Shown one piece after another: positions 1 through 9,155 of a DNA stretch of 64,000 bases (position 1 is the stretch's first letter; the number at the start of each line of letters is the position of its first letter). The notes under the pieces were generated by a model that worked only from the letters and a program-made list of their open reading frames with translations, did not search any database and was not told the origin of the DNA. Both the position numbers and the translations under genes were made by a program. Origin of the DNA: a virus; the IMG/VR virus record IMGVR_UViG_3300022680_000058, positions 1-64,000 of that record; one strand, given 5' to 3'.

Positions 1-95
1 AAGAGCCAGAATGAGGGGCGCCAAAATCTCTGGGTCATCCCCGTCTTCGAGGAGATGATCCCAAGCAACTTGGACATCTTCGGGAAGGTCAAAGA

Positions 96-386
96 TCATT
101 GTGACTTTTTGGGAAGCTCATGAGCCCATGGGAAACGAGCGAAACCACCTCTCGGAATGGCGATTTCATGACCTTGAGGAGCGATCTCGATCGTGGTGTC
201 GGGGACGATCCCTTTCGCCAGGAGCTCGCTCATGCGAATTCCCATATCCTCCATCCAGCACGCGTTTTTGATGTAGACGTCGAAGAGTGTCACACGAGTG
301 ACCTCGCCGAGGTAGATCATCCTTCCGTGGAAAAGAAACTTTGCTCCAACCTCGATATCAGTTGTTTCCATACCCATCTCTCTCAC
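96..386 (-). CDS. hypothetical phage protein
   Basis: 96-aa ORF with protein-like composition and a purine-rich RBS-like sequence near the start, on the strand used by its neighbours. Confidence 0.6.
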   Translation of the reverse strand: MREMGMETTDIEVGAKFLFHGRMIYLGEVTRVTLFDVYIKNACWMEDMGIRMSELLAKGIVPDTTIEIAPQGHEIAIPRGGFARFPWAHELPKKSQ

Positions 387-509
387 TCTCCTTTCAACCG
401 GCGGATGAACTCACCCACCGCACTCCTGAATCTCATGAAACTCGGGCGACTGACCAGCCACCTCACTCCGAACCCGAGAAAGGACACACCAGATCCCAGG
501 ATCATCAAC

Positions 510-1172
510 TCATTCGCTCAAAGATGCATCCTTCAACTCCATCTCCACGAGGGTGAACCCCTCGACACCTGCTCTGATACTGCTCTCCCAGTCATCGCCT
601 GGAATGGTAATGCCCCTATTCATTTGCCCCATGAGGTCAAACGAGGCGTCTGGGACGTCCCCAAACATGGCATCGTCAGCTTGTTCGAGGTCATCAGTCT
701 GATAGATGACATGCCAGCAATCACCATCCCACGCCTTCAGCTTCACGAACACAGGATCACCGACAATCGAGTTGCCATGCTTCTCCTCGGTTGTCTTGTG
801 CTGAAGGAACCACCTGTGAGCTCCTTCGAGCGTCGCGAAACACCCGACATCACACTTCGCTTTCAGTAACTCCAACTCGGCTTGGCGCCCGATCTCTTCG
901 AGCGTCATCAACACCTCATGGTTGCTTGTTCTGAAAGTCACCGGAATAGACGCCGCGTCAACATTGGCCACAGCATTCTTGATGATGCTGAGCTTGCAAA
1001 GAGCTATCCTGGCGTGATGGGCGAGGTATCCGTTTGAACTCCTCAGCGCCTCATTCTCCGCTTTTAGCCCCCTCTTCTCGAATGCTCCCCATTCCGCCTG
1101 AATGAGCGTCCCCAGGACAAACATTCCGACTCCGACAACGACACAGAACACCACAGAGATTTCGTGTCCCAC
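510..1172 (-). CDS. hypothetical protein with N-terminal transmembrane segment
   Basis: GGAGGG RBS before GTG; hydrophobic ISVVFCVVVGVGMFVLGTLI followed by a short coiled coil. Confidence 0.65.
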   Translation of the reverse strand: MGHEISVVFCVVVGVGMFVLGTLIQAEWGAFEKRGLKAENEALRSSNGYLAHHARIALCKLSIIKNAVANVDAASIPVTFRTSNHEVLMTLEEIGRQAELELLKAKCDVGCFATLEGAHRWFLQHKTTEEKHGNSIVGDPVFVKLKAWDGDCWHVIYQTDDLEQADDAMFGDVPDASFDLMGQMNRGITIPGDDWESSIRAGVEGFTLVEMELKDASLSE

Positions 1173-1183
1173 AGGACCCTCCT

Positions 1184-1636
1184 CTATCTCGCCGAGAAAA
1201 AGACTTTTCTGAGCTCTTCCACCGCATCTTCGAACTGCTCTTTGCCGATCGAAGAGAACTCCCTCTGACGCTTCCTCAGGCCTTCCAGCTCTGGAGCGAT
1301 TTCCGCATCAAGAGGAATGAGACTGGACTTCATCTCCCTCAGGATCTCTGCCTTGGCCTTTTGGAGACCATCAAGTCTCCTGAGGGTGTGGAGGATCTCC
1401 TTCTCACAGTCTCTAAGAGCTTCGTTGTATCCACGATAGCTCAGAGTGTCGACGTAACCGTCCGTCGACCAGTGCATCGAGTACATCCAGGAGCTGTTGA
1501 TCTTGCTCGCCAACCACCTAAACGTGGAGATATCGTCAGGGATAAGGCTTTCACTGAGCTCCTCTTCTTCTGCTTCAGGGTCGTTACCCTGAGCAACCCC
1601 ACACGACGGACAAAAGGAATCACCGCACATACACAT
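1184..1636 (-). CDS. hypothetical protein with N-terminal Cys cluster
   Basis: MCMCGDSFCPSCG start, GGAGGG RBS, directly upstream of the 510-1172 gene. Confidence 0.65.
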   Translation of the reverse strand: MCMCGDSFCPSCGVAQGNDPEAEEEELSESLIPDDISTFRWLASKINSSWMYSMHWSTDGYVDTLSYRGYNEALRDCEKEILHTLRRLDGLQKAKAEILREMKSSLIPLDAEIAPELEGLRKRQREFSSIGKEQFEDAVEELRKVFFSAR

Positions 1637-1697
1637 GGCCAACCCTCCAATGAATGCGACCGTTACCCAGGAATCATTATCACTAGATTAGCGTTTG

Positions 1698-2090
1698 TCA
1701 ACGAGATTTCGGAGAACAACCCTTTTTTACCATACTGCAACGATCTGAACATGTTAGGAACCATGCAAATGTAGAGAGCCCACAAATCACGCATGGTCGG
1801 GTCCCCTCCCTTTCGAGCCTTCGATGGAGAGTCCTGCCCCCTCGCATCTTCTCCTCGAACAGGTTGATGACGAGATACATGTCGTGCTCAGTAGGTGGAG
1901 GAGACACCCTCGGAGAATCAATACATTCGTTGCAGTAGATCGAATCGGGATTCGTAACGACGCCACCACATCCAGCGGCACACCGATCACCGATCAGCAA
2001 TCGGTGGTCCTTGAACCGCTTGTATCCGGACATGGTCCTGACAGGCTCCACGTTGAGCCTGCCAGATGTCCATGACGCCTGCTGTCTCAT
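1698..2090 (-). CDS. Cys-rich (Zn-binding?) hypothetical protein
   Basis: CAAGC..CNEC and CVIC..CSDRC motifs; abuts the upstream gene. Confidence 0.55.
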   Translation of the reverse strand: MRQQASWTSGRLNVEPVRTMSGYKRFKDHRLLIGDRCAAGCGGVVTNPDSIYCNECIDSPRVSPPPTEHDMYLVINLFEEKMRGGRTLHRRLEREGTRPCVICGLSTFAWFLTCSDRCSMVKKGCSPKSR

Positions 2091-2092
2091 CT

Positions 2093-2356
2093 CTAAGACT
2101 TCTTCCGAGCTGCCTCAGCCTCTCGGCGCCGCTTCTCTGCCAACCTCATGGATACCTCCTTCTCCATTCCGGTTGGAGCTTCGAGCTTCTTGATCTCCTC
2201 ATACCCAGCCAGAGCTGTGAGATTCAGCTTCGTGGAGAGGTCCCGAAGCTTCGCCACCATCTCCCACAGGATGTACGTCTCGATTTCGAGCCGATCCGCT
2301 CGCTCATTCGCGGAATCCAACTCTTTCTGGAGTTCTTCTACTCTTTGATCTGACAT
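2093..2356 (-). CDS. small coiled-coil hypothetical protein, probably on a leaderless mRNA
   Basis: 87-aa heptad-rich ORF; ATG lies 8 nt after a TGG-TATAAT -10 box and there is no RBS. Confidence 0.65.
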   Translation of the reverse strand: MSDQRVEELQKELDSANERADRLEIETYILWEMVAKLRDLSTKLNLTALAGYEEIKKLEAPTGMEKEVSMRLAEKRRREAEAARKKS

Positions 2357-2390
2357 ACGGTCATATTATACCATGACCGTCAACTGTCAA
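2357..2390 (-). promoter_or_regulatory. promoter with extended -10 enclosed in an 8-bp inverted repeat (operator candidate)
   Basis: Minus strand reads TTGACA-N14-TATAAT with TG extension; ACGGTCAT-N8-ATGACCGT (2357-2380) flanks the -10. Confidence 0.6.
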
Positions 2391-2398
2391 TCGGTTGG

Positions 2399-3364
2399 CT
2401 ATCGAACGTCGAAAGCGTCGGCGTACTGCCAGGGGATTCGCCTGGTGTTCAAAGCATAGTCGATGTGCTCCATGGAGACCCCAAGTCTCCTGAGCTCCTC
2501 GGTGAAGACTTGTTGTGTCGAGCTCTCATCACCAGCGGCACGAATGAGCTGCCTGAACCGCCTGCTGACAGTCGTCAACGGCTTTGACGTCCTCTCGTCA
2601 GTCTCTGACACTGGACGCCTTCTGACACCCTCTGACGCCTCCTGAATGATGCTGGAGAAGTCGTTGATGAGAGAAGCGTGCTCTGATATGGGATCATCCT
2701 GCTCACTCTCAGTGTCATCCTGGAGAGCCATCGCAAGGATTCCGCCCATCTCCTCCTTCAAGACATTCTTGAGCCAGTCGACATAGTTCTTCTTGTCGAC
2801 GTCTGAGACCTTCTGCTTCGAGTAGACCTTCTGAGACCCGTTCGGACCCTCCACGAAGATCGTCGCCATGAGAGAGCCAGGGTCGAATTCCCAGAAGATA
2901 TCGATGGACCTTTTCGGCTTCTCATCTGAATCGAGGCTGAAAATGTCACGGCTCGCAGAGACGACCTTCCACTTCGCTCCAGTCATTCTGTTGAGCTCAG
3001 CGACGTATTTCTTCGCCACCTTCTTGAGCTTCTCGCCAATTTCTGTCTCTGCTTTGTCGACAACAGCTTGCTGATCCGCGTCAGCCTTCATGAGCGCCTT
3101 CAGAGCGAAGTTCTCATCAAGTTCCTTGCCCATGTCATGGAGAGCCTCACCGATCGCTTTGATCGCTTCACGGCGCCCGAGAGGTTTGGTGTCGTTGTTG
3201 ATGAAATAGCTCCCGTCTCCATCACGATAAGCGGGAACTCCATACACCATACGACGCTCATTCTGTGGAATGGAGAGCTTTTCCCTCACCATATCCTCAG
3301 TCACCTTCTCTTCATTGAGAGGCCCCTCGATGAGGCTCATTAGCTCTTCAGCCAGACGTCTCAT
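2399..3364 (-). CDS. hypothetical protein, candidate internal head protein
   Basis: 321-aa charged ORF with N-terminal MRRLAEELMSLIE..LNEE resembling T4-type L-x-E cleaved propeptides. Confidence 0.65.
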   Translation of the reverse strand: MRRLAEELMSLIEGPLNEEKVTEDMVREKLSIPQNERRMVYGVPAYRDGDGSYFINNDTKPLGRREAIKAIGEALHDMGKELDENFALKALMKADADQQAVVDKAETEIGEKLKKVAKKYVAELNRMTGAKWKVVSASRDIFSLDSDEKPKRSIDIFWEFDPGSLMATIFVEGPNGSQKVYSKQKVSDVDKKNYVDWLKNVLKEEMGGILAMALQDDTESEQDDPISEHASLINDFSSIIQEASEGVRRRPVSETDERTSKPLTTVSRRFRQLIRAAGDESSTQQVFTEELRRLGVSMEHIDYALNTRRIPWQYADAFDVR

Positions 3365-3367
3365 TCG

Positions 3368-3871
3368 TCACTCCGTAGCTTGGTCAATAGCCGCCGCGAT
3401 GCCGATGGCAGTAGCTGCTCCAACGACAAAGCCAACCGTGATCCCGATGACACCTTTGTTTTTCTCGAACCACGAGCGCCTGGACTTTTCACGCCAAAAC
3501 TCAATCTCATCGTCAGCGTCTTCGAGTTCATTCTCATAGATCCGGCGCTCCCGATCCATGGTGGACAGATCTACCTTGTAAAGCCCACGAATCTCATCAT
3601 AGGCAATCTTCACCCGAGCTGCCCTGACAGACATCTCCTGTGACATGTAGACACCAGGAGGTGTCTTCTGAGGAGGAGACGCCCCTTCCACAACACACTC
3701 GCTGACAGGGAGAACAATACGCTTGCTTGGAGGGACTTCTTCTGGCAGGTCTGGGAGAGTTTGTGTGAACAGTGGTTCCGGAAGAACTCTCTCTCGTGAC
3801 TCAGTCTGAGCTACAGGAGCTCCACAACATGCCATGGCCAATGAAACAAAAAGACAAACGGCCTTCTTCAT
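3368..3871 (-). CDS. putative spanin-like lipoprotein (lipobox plus C-terminal transmembrane helix)
   Basis: MKKAVCLFVSLAMACC signal/lipobox, central coiled coil, C-terminal GVIGITVGFVVGAATAIGIAAAI; near a holin-like gene. Confidence 0.55.
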   Translation of the reverse strand: MKKAVCLFVSLAMACCGAPVAQTESRERVLPEPLFTQTLPDLPEEVPPSKRIVLPVSECVVEGASPPQKTPPGVYMSQEMSVRAARVKIAYDEIRGLYKVDLSTMDRERRIYENELEDADDEIEFWREKSRRSWFEKNKGVIGITVGFVVGAATAIGIAAAIDQATE

Positions 3872-3872
3872 G

Positions 3873-4781
3873 TCAATCACCAACAGATGTATGGAATGAA
3901 AATTCACAACCACCATCTACTGGGCTGAGAATCGCCGCCTGACACTCAGAAAACCATCCATACACGACATGCCCATTTGAGTCTTGGGACCTTGTCTCTG
4001 GAGAGACCTCGAACGCCTCGGAGACCCAATCAGGAACATCACCTTGATAGGACAAGACCTCTCCCGTACCAATCGGGTCCTCAGCATGAGATGTCAACCA
4101 CTGAACTGCCTCAACAAGGGATTGATCAGCAGATTCAATCTGGACGCTCTCCTGCTTCTTTTTCGAGCCGGACTCTTTCGTTTTGACCCATCGTCCGAAC
4201 ACCATCTTCATACCCTTCTTGACGCCATGTTTGGCAAGCTCCTTCGCCGCCTCTTTCCCATGGGATTTGATGATGTCGGAAGCCCTCGATGGGTCTTTGG
4301 AGATCTGATCAAGAGCTTTTCCAGCAATACCTTTCAGCTTCTTCTCGATCCCCTTTTTGGGTTCCTCGCCCTTATCGTCCTTTTCCTCGTCGTCATCCTC
4401 AGCGCCAATCTTTTTCTTGATCTGCTCGGCGCCAGCTTTGACAGCCTCTTTGCCGCCCTCTTTCGCAGCATCGAGAGCTGCCTTACCAACAGCTTTCAAC
4501 GCATCTTTCGCAGCGCTTTTCAGTCGCCCAAGGATTCCTTGACTACCACCATTGTCACACTTGCTCGCTTCGACGAACTCATCAATAGCCTCGAAGACCA
4601 CATCAGAGTCATCCTCTGTCAATCCGTATGACGAGAAGATTCCGACAAACGCTTCAGCGATCATCTCGTCCGAGAAATCACCCACTCTCATGGATTGAAT
4701 GACATCCTCGGACAAGACGTCCAAGAGATGGTCATCAGAATGCTGGCATCGAGCCTCATCCAACCTCTGTGACAACCTCAT
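3873..4781 (-). CDS. hypothetical Lys/Ala-rich protein, candidate internal head protein
   Basis: MRLSQRLDE|A start, acidic N-terminal region, K/A-rich helical centre. Confidence 0.65.
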   Translation of the reverse strand: MRLSQRLDEARCQHSDDHLLDVLSEDVIQSMRVGDFSDEMIAEAFVGIFSSYGLTEDDSDVVFEAIDEFVEASKCDNGGSQGILGRLKSAAKDALKAVGKAALDAAKEGGKEAVKAGAEQIKKKIGAEDDDEEKDDKGEEPKKGIEKKLKGIAGKALDQISKDPSRASDIIKSHGKEAAKELAKHGVKKGMKMVFGRWVKTKESGSKKKQESVQIESADQSLVEAVQWLTSHAEDPIGTGEVLSYQGDVPDWVSEAFEVSPETRSQDSNGHVVYGWFSECQAAILSPVDGGCEFSFHTSVGD

Positions 4782-4794
4782 CTCTCACCTCGCC

Positions 4795-5352
4795 TCACTC
4801 GTCTGAAGAAACCAATGCAGGTGCTGGTACTGGCGGGTCCGACGGAATGACACCATCAGGCTTCGTTCTTTCTTTGTGGAGCCTTGCTTCGAGTAGGTCT
4901 CGGATCGCGTCCTGAGCAAGCGTATCGAGTCCAGCCTCTCCAACCCTTGCCTCAACGTAATCGACAGCCACCTGTAGCTTCTCAGCACTCTCTGTCTTCA
5001 CACCGTCTGACCGGAGAGCTTTTCTCGTCTGCTCCTCAGAGAACGCGACAGCATCCTTGACGATCCGATTGTAGATACTCAAGGCGGCATGCTGTTTGTC
5101 GTCGCTCCACTTCCTTGACAGCTTCCGAATGAGCCATCCACCGAGAACGACAAGAACCGTCTCCAACAACGGAGACACGATCTGAACCAAGAAACTGAGC
5201 AGGACCATCCACCACTCTTGGGTATCTGCCGCCTGCTCCATCGTCAGATTCACATCAACCGGCGGGCAAGGCTGAGCAAACGCCGCCGTGGCAATCAGAG
5301 ACAGCGCTCCAAAAACCAAAATTCCTGCAACCATCCTCCAACTCATCACCAA
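4795..5352 (-). CDS. putative holin (LL-H-like C-terminal pattern)
   Basis: N-terminal hydrophobic segments, then AVAFSEEQ..SAEKLQVAVDYV..IRDLLEA resembling the LL-H holin pattern. Confidence 0.5.
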   Translation of the reverse strand: MVMSWRMVAGILVFGALSLIATAAFAQPCPPVDVNLTMEQAADTQEWWMVLLSFLVQIVSPLLETVLVVLGGWLIRKLSRKWSDDKQHAALSIYNRIVKDAVAFSEEQTRKALRSDGVKTESAEKLQVAVDYVEARVGEAGLDTLAQDAIRDLLEARLHKERTKPDGVIPSDPPVPAPALVSSDE

Positions 5353-5382
5353 CCTCCAACTCCCCAGCTACAGAAACACGTC

Positions 5383-5429
5383 ATACCGAAGAGCACCGAA
5401 GGAAGATACCCCTCGATGCTCGACGGTAT
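5383..5429 (-). terminator. long 3' stem-loop (terminator or stabiliser)
   Basis: Minus strand ATACCG-TC-GAGCATCGAGGG pairs with CCTTCGGTGCTC-TT-CGGTAT using G-U pairs; lies just after the 5452-5709 gene; U-tract is weak. Confidence 0.5.
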
Positions 5430-5451
5430 AACCAGTGGTCCGGCGAAGTCC

Positions 5452-5709
5452 TTAGACCTCGTTCGCAGCGTCCTCGGTCGTCACGCTGGCGGCATTCGTC
5501 GCGAAGGCAACCGTGATGTCGCCCTTCTTGATCAGATCGTCGAGGTACATCGCAGGGGAGTACCCCTTCGTGAATCCCTCGCCGTACAGATCGGACATGC
5601 TCATACCAGCGACATAGGTTCCAGCCGCCGCCAAGGTCTGCTCGGGGACGAGCCCTTTGAACCCGATGGAAAGACTCGCACCGGACGTGTTCGTGATTGT
5701 CATGATCAT
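5452..5709 (-). CDS. small putative virion (decoration) protein
   Basis: Strong AGGAGG RBS; C/G-ending codon usage like the capsid gene; similar to the N-terminus of 39880-40284. Confidence 0.65.
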   Translation of the reverse strand: MIMTITNTSGASLSIGFKGLVPEQTLAAAGTYVAGMSMSDLYGEGFTKGYSPAMYLDDLIKKGDITVAFATNAASVTTEDAANEV

Positions 5710-5786
5710 GGTGTTTTTCCTCCTACCTACAGGGTCTATTCACCGGACCCTCACCCATACACGAATCCTATCATACCATCACAAGC

Positions 5787-6593
5787 TCAAACAGAGGCAC
5801 CTTTCGAGACCTTCGACCAGTTCTGGTGACCAATCACCCGACCAAACGTGCTCGACATCCTCTCCATGACATCATTGCTGATTGGTTTTCCCGTCGCTAT
5901 CAAGAAAAACGCATCAGAGAATGGGTACCACGCCACAGACGGCTCACCCCACACGTTGACATCGCTTTTCCCGAACTTCTTGACCCAAATTTTCCCAGCA
6001 AATGCATCAATGATGTCTCTGTATCTGTGCTTCCCTGCGATTGGGTCAGCAGAGAACGAATCGTTTATGGGATCATAGAACAGTGCCTTCCCACCAGCAT
6101 CATTCGGGTCCAAAAGAACACTTGTTCGCTCGATGTCTTCGGATAGCCCAGTCTTTTTGATGAAATCGTGAGCTCTCCTGATGGAGTTCAAAAACGGGAC
6201 CAACTCACGATCTGTGTATCCCCACACATTGAGCAGCACCATCTCTCCGACACCAAACGCCGCAGGAACGTCTCCAAGTCCCATCCTCAGAAGTCTCTTT
6301 GTATTGCCAACAGCAGAGGCAAGAGCCCTCACATTCTTTGCCGCGTAGACAGCTCTGGTCTTCGAGTGAGCAACATTGTGAGATTCACGACGAAGAGAGT
6401 CTCGAACCTTCTTGACCTCGGGTCGGACACCCACAAGAGATTCGATCACTGGAACCACTAGACGAGACAACTCAAGTAACTTTTGTCGCCTCGTGCCAGC
6501 AACACTGATCGCTGTCGCGACCTGTTCCAGCTCGGTCTTTATTCTGTCGAGGTTTTGCTGGGAGAGAGTCATCACAGGTTGTTTGCGAGCCAT
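5787..6593 (-). CDS. hypothetical protein
   Basis: 268-aa ORF tiled within the operon. Confidence 0.7.
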   Translation of the reverse strand: MARKQPVMTLSQQNLDRIKTELEQVATAISVAGTRRQKLLELSRLVVPVIESLVGVRPEVKKVRDSLRRESHNVAHSKTRAVYAAKNVRALASAVGNTKRLLRMGLGDVPAAFGVGEMVLLNVWGYTDRELVPFLNSIRRAHDFIKKTGLSEDIERTSVLLDPNDAGGKALFYDPINDSFSADPIAGKHRYRDIIDAFAGKIWVKKFGKSDVNVWGEPSVAWYPFSDAFFLIATGKPISNDVMERMSSTFGRVIGHQNWSKVSKGASV

Positions 6594-6904
6594 GCCGAAA
6601 TCTGTCGCCTTCCCTCGGCTGGGTCTTCTTGACCTACCTCTTCGATTCTATCAACCTCAGCGCTCTGTGTCTCTGCTACCGCCGCCACTCTGGCCCGCTC
6701 AATCTCTCCTTCGAGCCTCACGCGTTCCACCTGGGTTTGAGCTCTCTCTTTGAATGTCTGCTTCTCTTGTTGCTCTCGTGGGGACTCTACGACCTCCTCA
6801 CGCCTTGGAAGCAACAGCATAAGCAGGAAACCACCTACAGCAGCAGCACCAGCAAGAAACACCCACCAGCGTTCTCTGAGCCATCTCCACACAGAGCTAC
6901 CCAC
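6572..6904 (-). CDS. putative i-spanin-like membrane protein
   Basis: GGAGG RBS before GTG at 6904; N-terminal TM (WWVFLAGAAAVGGFLLMLLLP) followed by a charged helical region. Confidence 0.5.
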   Translation of the reverse strand: MGSSVWRWLRERWWVFLAGAAAVGGFLLMLLLPRREEVVESPREQQEKQTFKERAQTQVERVRLEGEIERARVAAVAETQSAEVDRIEEVGQEDPAEGRRQISAWLANNL

Positions 6905-7112
6905 AGAGCGGCCCTCCGTTGCCACTGTTGTAGTCATCCATAGATGTCTCTCGCTGTGGAGGTCGAGACGAACCCATGTCTCCAGTGAGGTATCCACGCC
7001 CCTGACTATCCACGAGCCGACTCTCTCCACAGCTCTGACAGGTGAACTTCTTATTGCCTCCGATGTGGCTTTCAGTGAGCACCATCGGCTTCCCACACGA
7101 CGAACAATTCAT
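6897..7112 (-). CDS. small zinc-ribbon protein
   Basis: MNCSSC..FTCQSC (two CxxC pairs); start overlaps the stop of the upstream gene. Confidence 0.55.
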   Translation of the reverse strand: MNCSSCGKPMVLTESHIGGNKKFTCQSCGESRLVDSQGRGYLTGDMGSSRPPQRETSMDDYNSGNGGPLCG

Positions 7113-7918
7113 GATGTCTTCTCCTTCATCCATGCCACGAGAGTCTGAAATCGACTCTCCTCCTTCTTCTTTTTCTTCTTCCCACTCTTCACAGAGCCAC
7201 TCGCCGTAACTGTGAAGTCCTCTGGATCTATGAATGGCTTCTCTCGACCACTCTTGTTTTTTCGATGGACAGGGACATCACCGAATCTGTCATAAGGCCT
7301 GAACCTGAAAGGGCTACGTCCTTTCGCTCCAGGATTCAAAGCGAGCTCCTCTGTCTTTTTGAGAATGGACTTGGCCCACTCCCATCCAGCATCACCACCC
7401 CAAAGAAGCCAAGCGATCCAACCTGCACTCGGGTTTGATTCGCTGCCCCATCCGTCAGCACTGCTGTCTCCCTGATGCCTGGAAAAGTAAGAGTGCATCC
7501 TCTTGATTGTTTCAAGGGATACCCTGTCTCCATTCTTCAGGTTCGTCGCTCGTTGGACACCAGACCCTATGCCTTGTTTTGACGCCTGCTTCCTGCTCAG
7601 ACCACCTCGACCGAACTTCTTTCTGAGTTCAAGACCCTTCGCAGCATTTTTTCTCACAGACTCTGGCGGAACGAACCCTTCAGAGCTCTCTGTCTTGCTT
7701 TGGCCCCTGGAAACGATCTCCTTGGCAGAAAGCCTTTCGTCAGTATTCACGCCGCACGACTTTTTCAAGACGTTCATGGCGATGGCGACATGTTGCGTCC
7801 CCTGAGCAGTCTTCCCGGACCTATACTCTGATCTGACGTTATCCTTGAACGCAGCCAGAGAACACGCCCTGTTCAGAACCTCGCTCAGGTAATCCTTCCG
7901 ACTGTCGCCCATCATCAC
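7109..7918 (-). CDS. basic phage protein with conserved head-associated domain of unknown function
   Basis: PPESVRKNAAKGL..GVQRA..TIKRMHSYFSRH..GWIAWLLWGGDAG pattern recalled from phage head-region proteins; K-rich C-terminus. Confidence 0.65.
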   Translation of the reverse strand: MMMGDSRKDYLSEVLNRACSLAAFKDNVRSEYRSGKTAQGTQHVAIAMNVLKKSCGVNTDERLSAKEIVSRGQSKTESSEGFVPPESVRKNAAKGLELRKKFGRGGLSRKQASKQGIGSGVQRATNLKNGDRVSLETIKRMHSYFSRHQGDSSADGWGSESNPSAGWIAWLLWGGDAGWEWAKSILKKTEELALNPGAKGRSPFRFRPYDRFGDVPVHRKNKSGREKPFIDPEDFTVTASGSVKSGKKKKKKEESRFQTLVAWMKEKTS

Positions 7919-8160
7919 TCCGAATGGGCAATTGATTGCCCACTTTCAATCATCGATTTGACTGCCTGTGCCCGCTCTCCACCATTGGCTTCGAGATATT
8001 CACACACAGCTTTGTCAAGGACTTCTCCAGGAGAGCACCCTTCAAGCGCCCCTTGTGCCACCAGAACCTTCCAAAGAAAGACAGGGACCAGCAACGGCAT
8101 GACACCGCCATTGCCGTCTGTGAACGTCTGAGGCGCCTGTATTGACTCTGCTCTCGCCAT
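7915..8160 (-). CDS. small protein, possible ribbon-helix-helix DNA-binding protein
   Basis: LLVP-VFLWKVLVAQGALEG-SPGEVLDKAVCEYL fits a strand-helix-helix pattern. Confidence 0.4.
   Translation of the reverse strand: MARAESIQAPQTFTDGNGGVMPLLVPVFLWKVLVAQGALEGCSPGEVLDKAVCEYLEANGGERAQAVKSMIESGQSIAHSE
7925..7942. repeat. dispersed palindrome copy 1 (TGGGCAATTGATTGCCCA)
   Basis: Exact GGCAATTGATTGCC core, a few nt upstream of the 7109-7918 start. Confidence 0.9.
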
Positions 8161-8165
8161 CGAAG

Positions 8166-8954
8166 TTACCTTGCCGAGCCCGTGGTGCTCAGAAATGCCT
8201 TCACAGTGCTCGCAAATGTCATATTCGACCGGTCATGGAACCTGACCCTCTGCCCCTCCTGAACCACCTCGGCGAATTCGAGAGAGACCTCCATGATCCG
8301 AGGAAACCCAGTCTCGAACCATGCCTCATATGTGACATCACACTGAGTCATGACACACACAACGTAATCCACACCGTTGTGGCCGAGCTTTGTGTTCGGA
8401 AGCACTAGAAGACACTTCGCTGGCTCATACGCCTGAAGGTTTTCGCCGAGCCCATAATGAGGGTAGGTGTACCACCTCAACCATGAGACGACAGACCGCA
8501 AATCCACATCTCGGACACCGAGTTCAAGTCCGTTCAGAAGCGTTGAACCAGTCTCATACGGAGACGCCACAAAAGTTTCTTCGATCGCCTCCAAGACACT
8601 CTCGTCCGGAGCTGTGTCCGTTGTGAAGACAGACGTGAAGCTGATCCGCCTCTCACCGCCATGGGTCCACTGATAGATTGGGTGAGACCCGCCTGGAATA
8701 TTTCTGGGATTCCACTCGCTCGCTCTGGTGTCCTGAAGACTCTCTGGCCAATACTGAAATGCTATTGCTCCAAGATTGTCCGTCAGAGAGCTCCCTTCAC
8801 CGCCAGCACTTCCGGCGCCACCAACGTTGTTACTGTTCCAAGGAACAGTCTCATCAGGAGCAGTGTCAAGCGGCTGCAAGTATGCCTTCGCAGCTCGAAC
8901 CTCCTGAGGGAACTGTGTGAGCAAAGAGAGGATATTCCCAGGAAGACCAGGCAT
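8166..8954 (-). CDS. contractile tail tube-initiator / CIS-tube-like baseplate protein
   Basis: FQYWPESLQDTR..IPGGSHPIYQWTHGGERRISF and C-terminal PRIMEVSLEFAE are typical of gp48/gp54/Afp7-like proteins. Confidence 0.65.
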   Translation of the reverse strand: MPGLPGNILSLLTQFPQEVRAAKAYLQPLDTAPDETVPWNSNNVGGAGSAGGEGSSLTDNLGAIAFQYWPESLQDTRASEWNPRNIPGGSHPIYQWTHGGERRISFTSVFTTDTAPDESVLEAIEETFVASPYETGSTLLNGLELGVRDVDLRSVVSWLRWYTYPHYGLGENLQAYEPAKCLLVLPNTKLGHNGVDYVVCVMTQCDVTYEAWFETGFPRIMEVSLEFAEVVQEGQRVRFHDRSNMTFASTVKAFLSTTGSAR

Positions 8955-8957
8955 TCA

Positions 8958-9152
8958 TCACCCCTCGATCAACCCCATGTGGACAACCATGAACTCCAAC
9001 AGCTCGTCCTTTTCTGCACGCTTCAGGTCGTCAAATCGCTTTCCAGCGAATTTCGCCTTGATCGACTCCAACGCCTCTTCCTCTTTGGTCTTCTTGCCCT
9101 GTGGTCCGTTCTTGTAGTGCTCCGTCTCCCGGATCATCACACCTTTCTTCAT
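8958..9152 (-). CDS. small hypothetical protein
   Basis: 64-aa ORF tiled between tail genes, GGAG RBS. Confidence 0.55.
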   Translation of the reverse strand: MKKGVMIRETEHYKNGPQGKKTKEEEALESIKAKFAGKRFDDLKRAEKDELLEFMVVHMGLIEG

Positions 9153-9155
9153 GAT

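Noticed and set aside
1670-1701. TTGACA upstream of 1184-1636
   Set aside because: There is no good -10 at 16-18 nt spacing (GATAAT lies at 14 nt), too weak to list as a feature.
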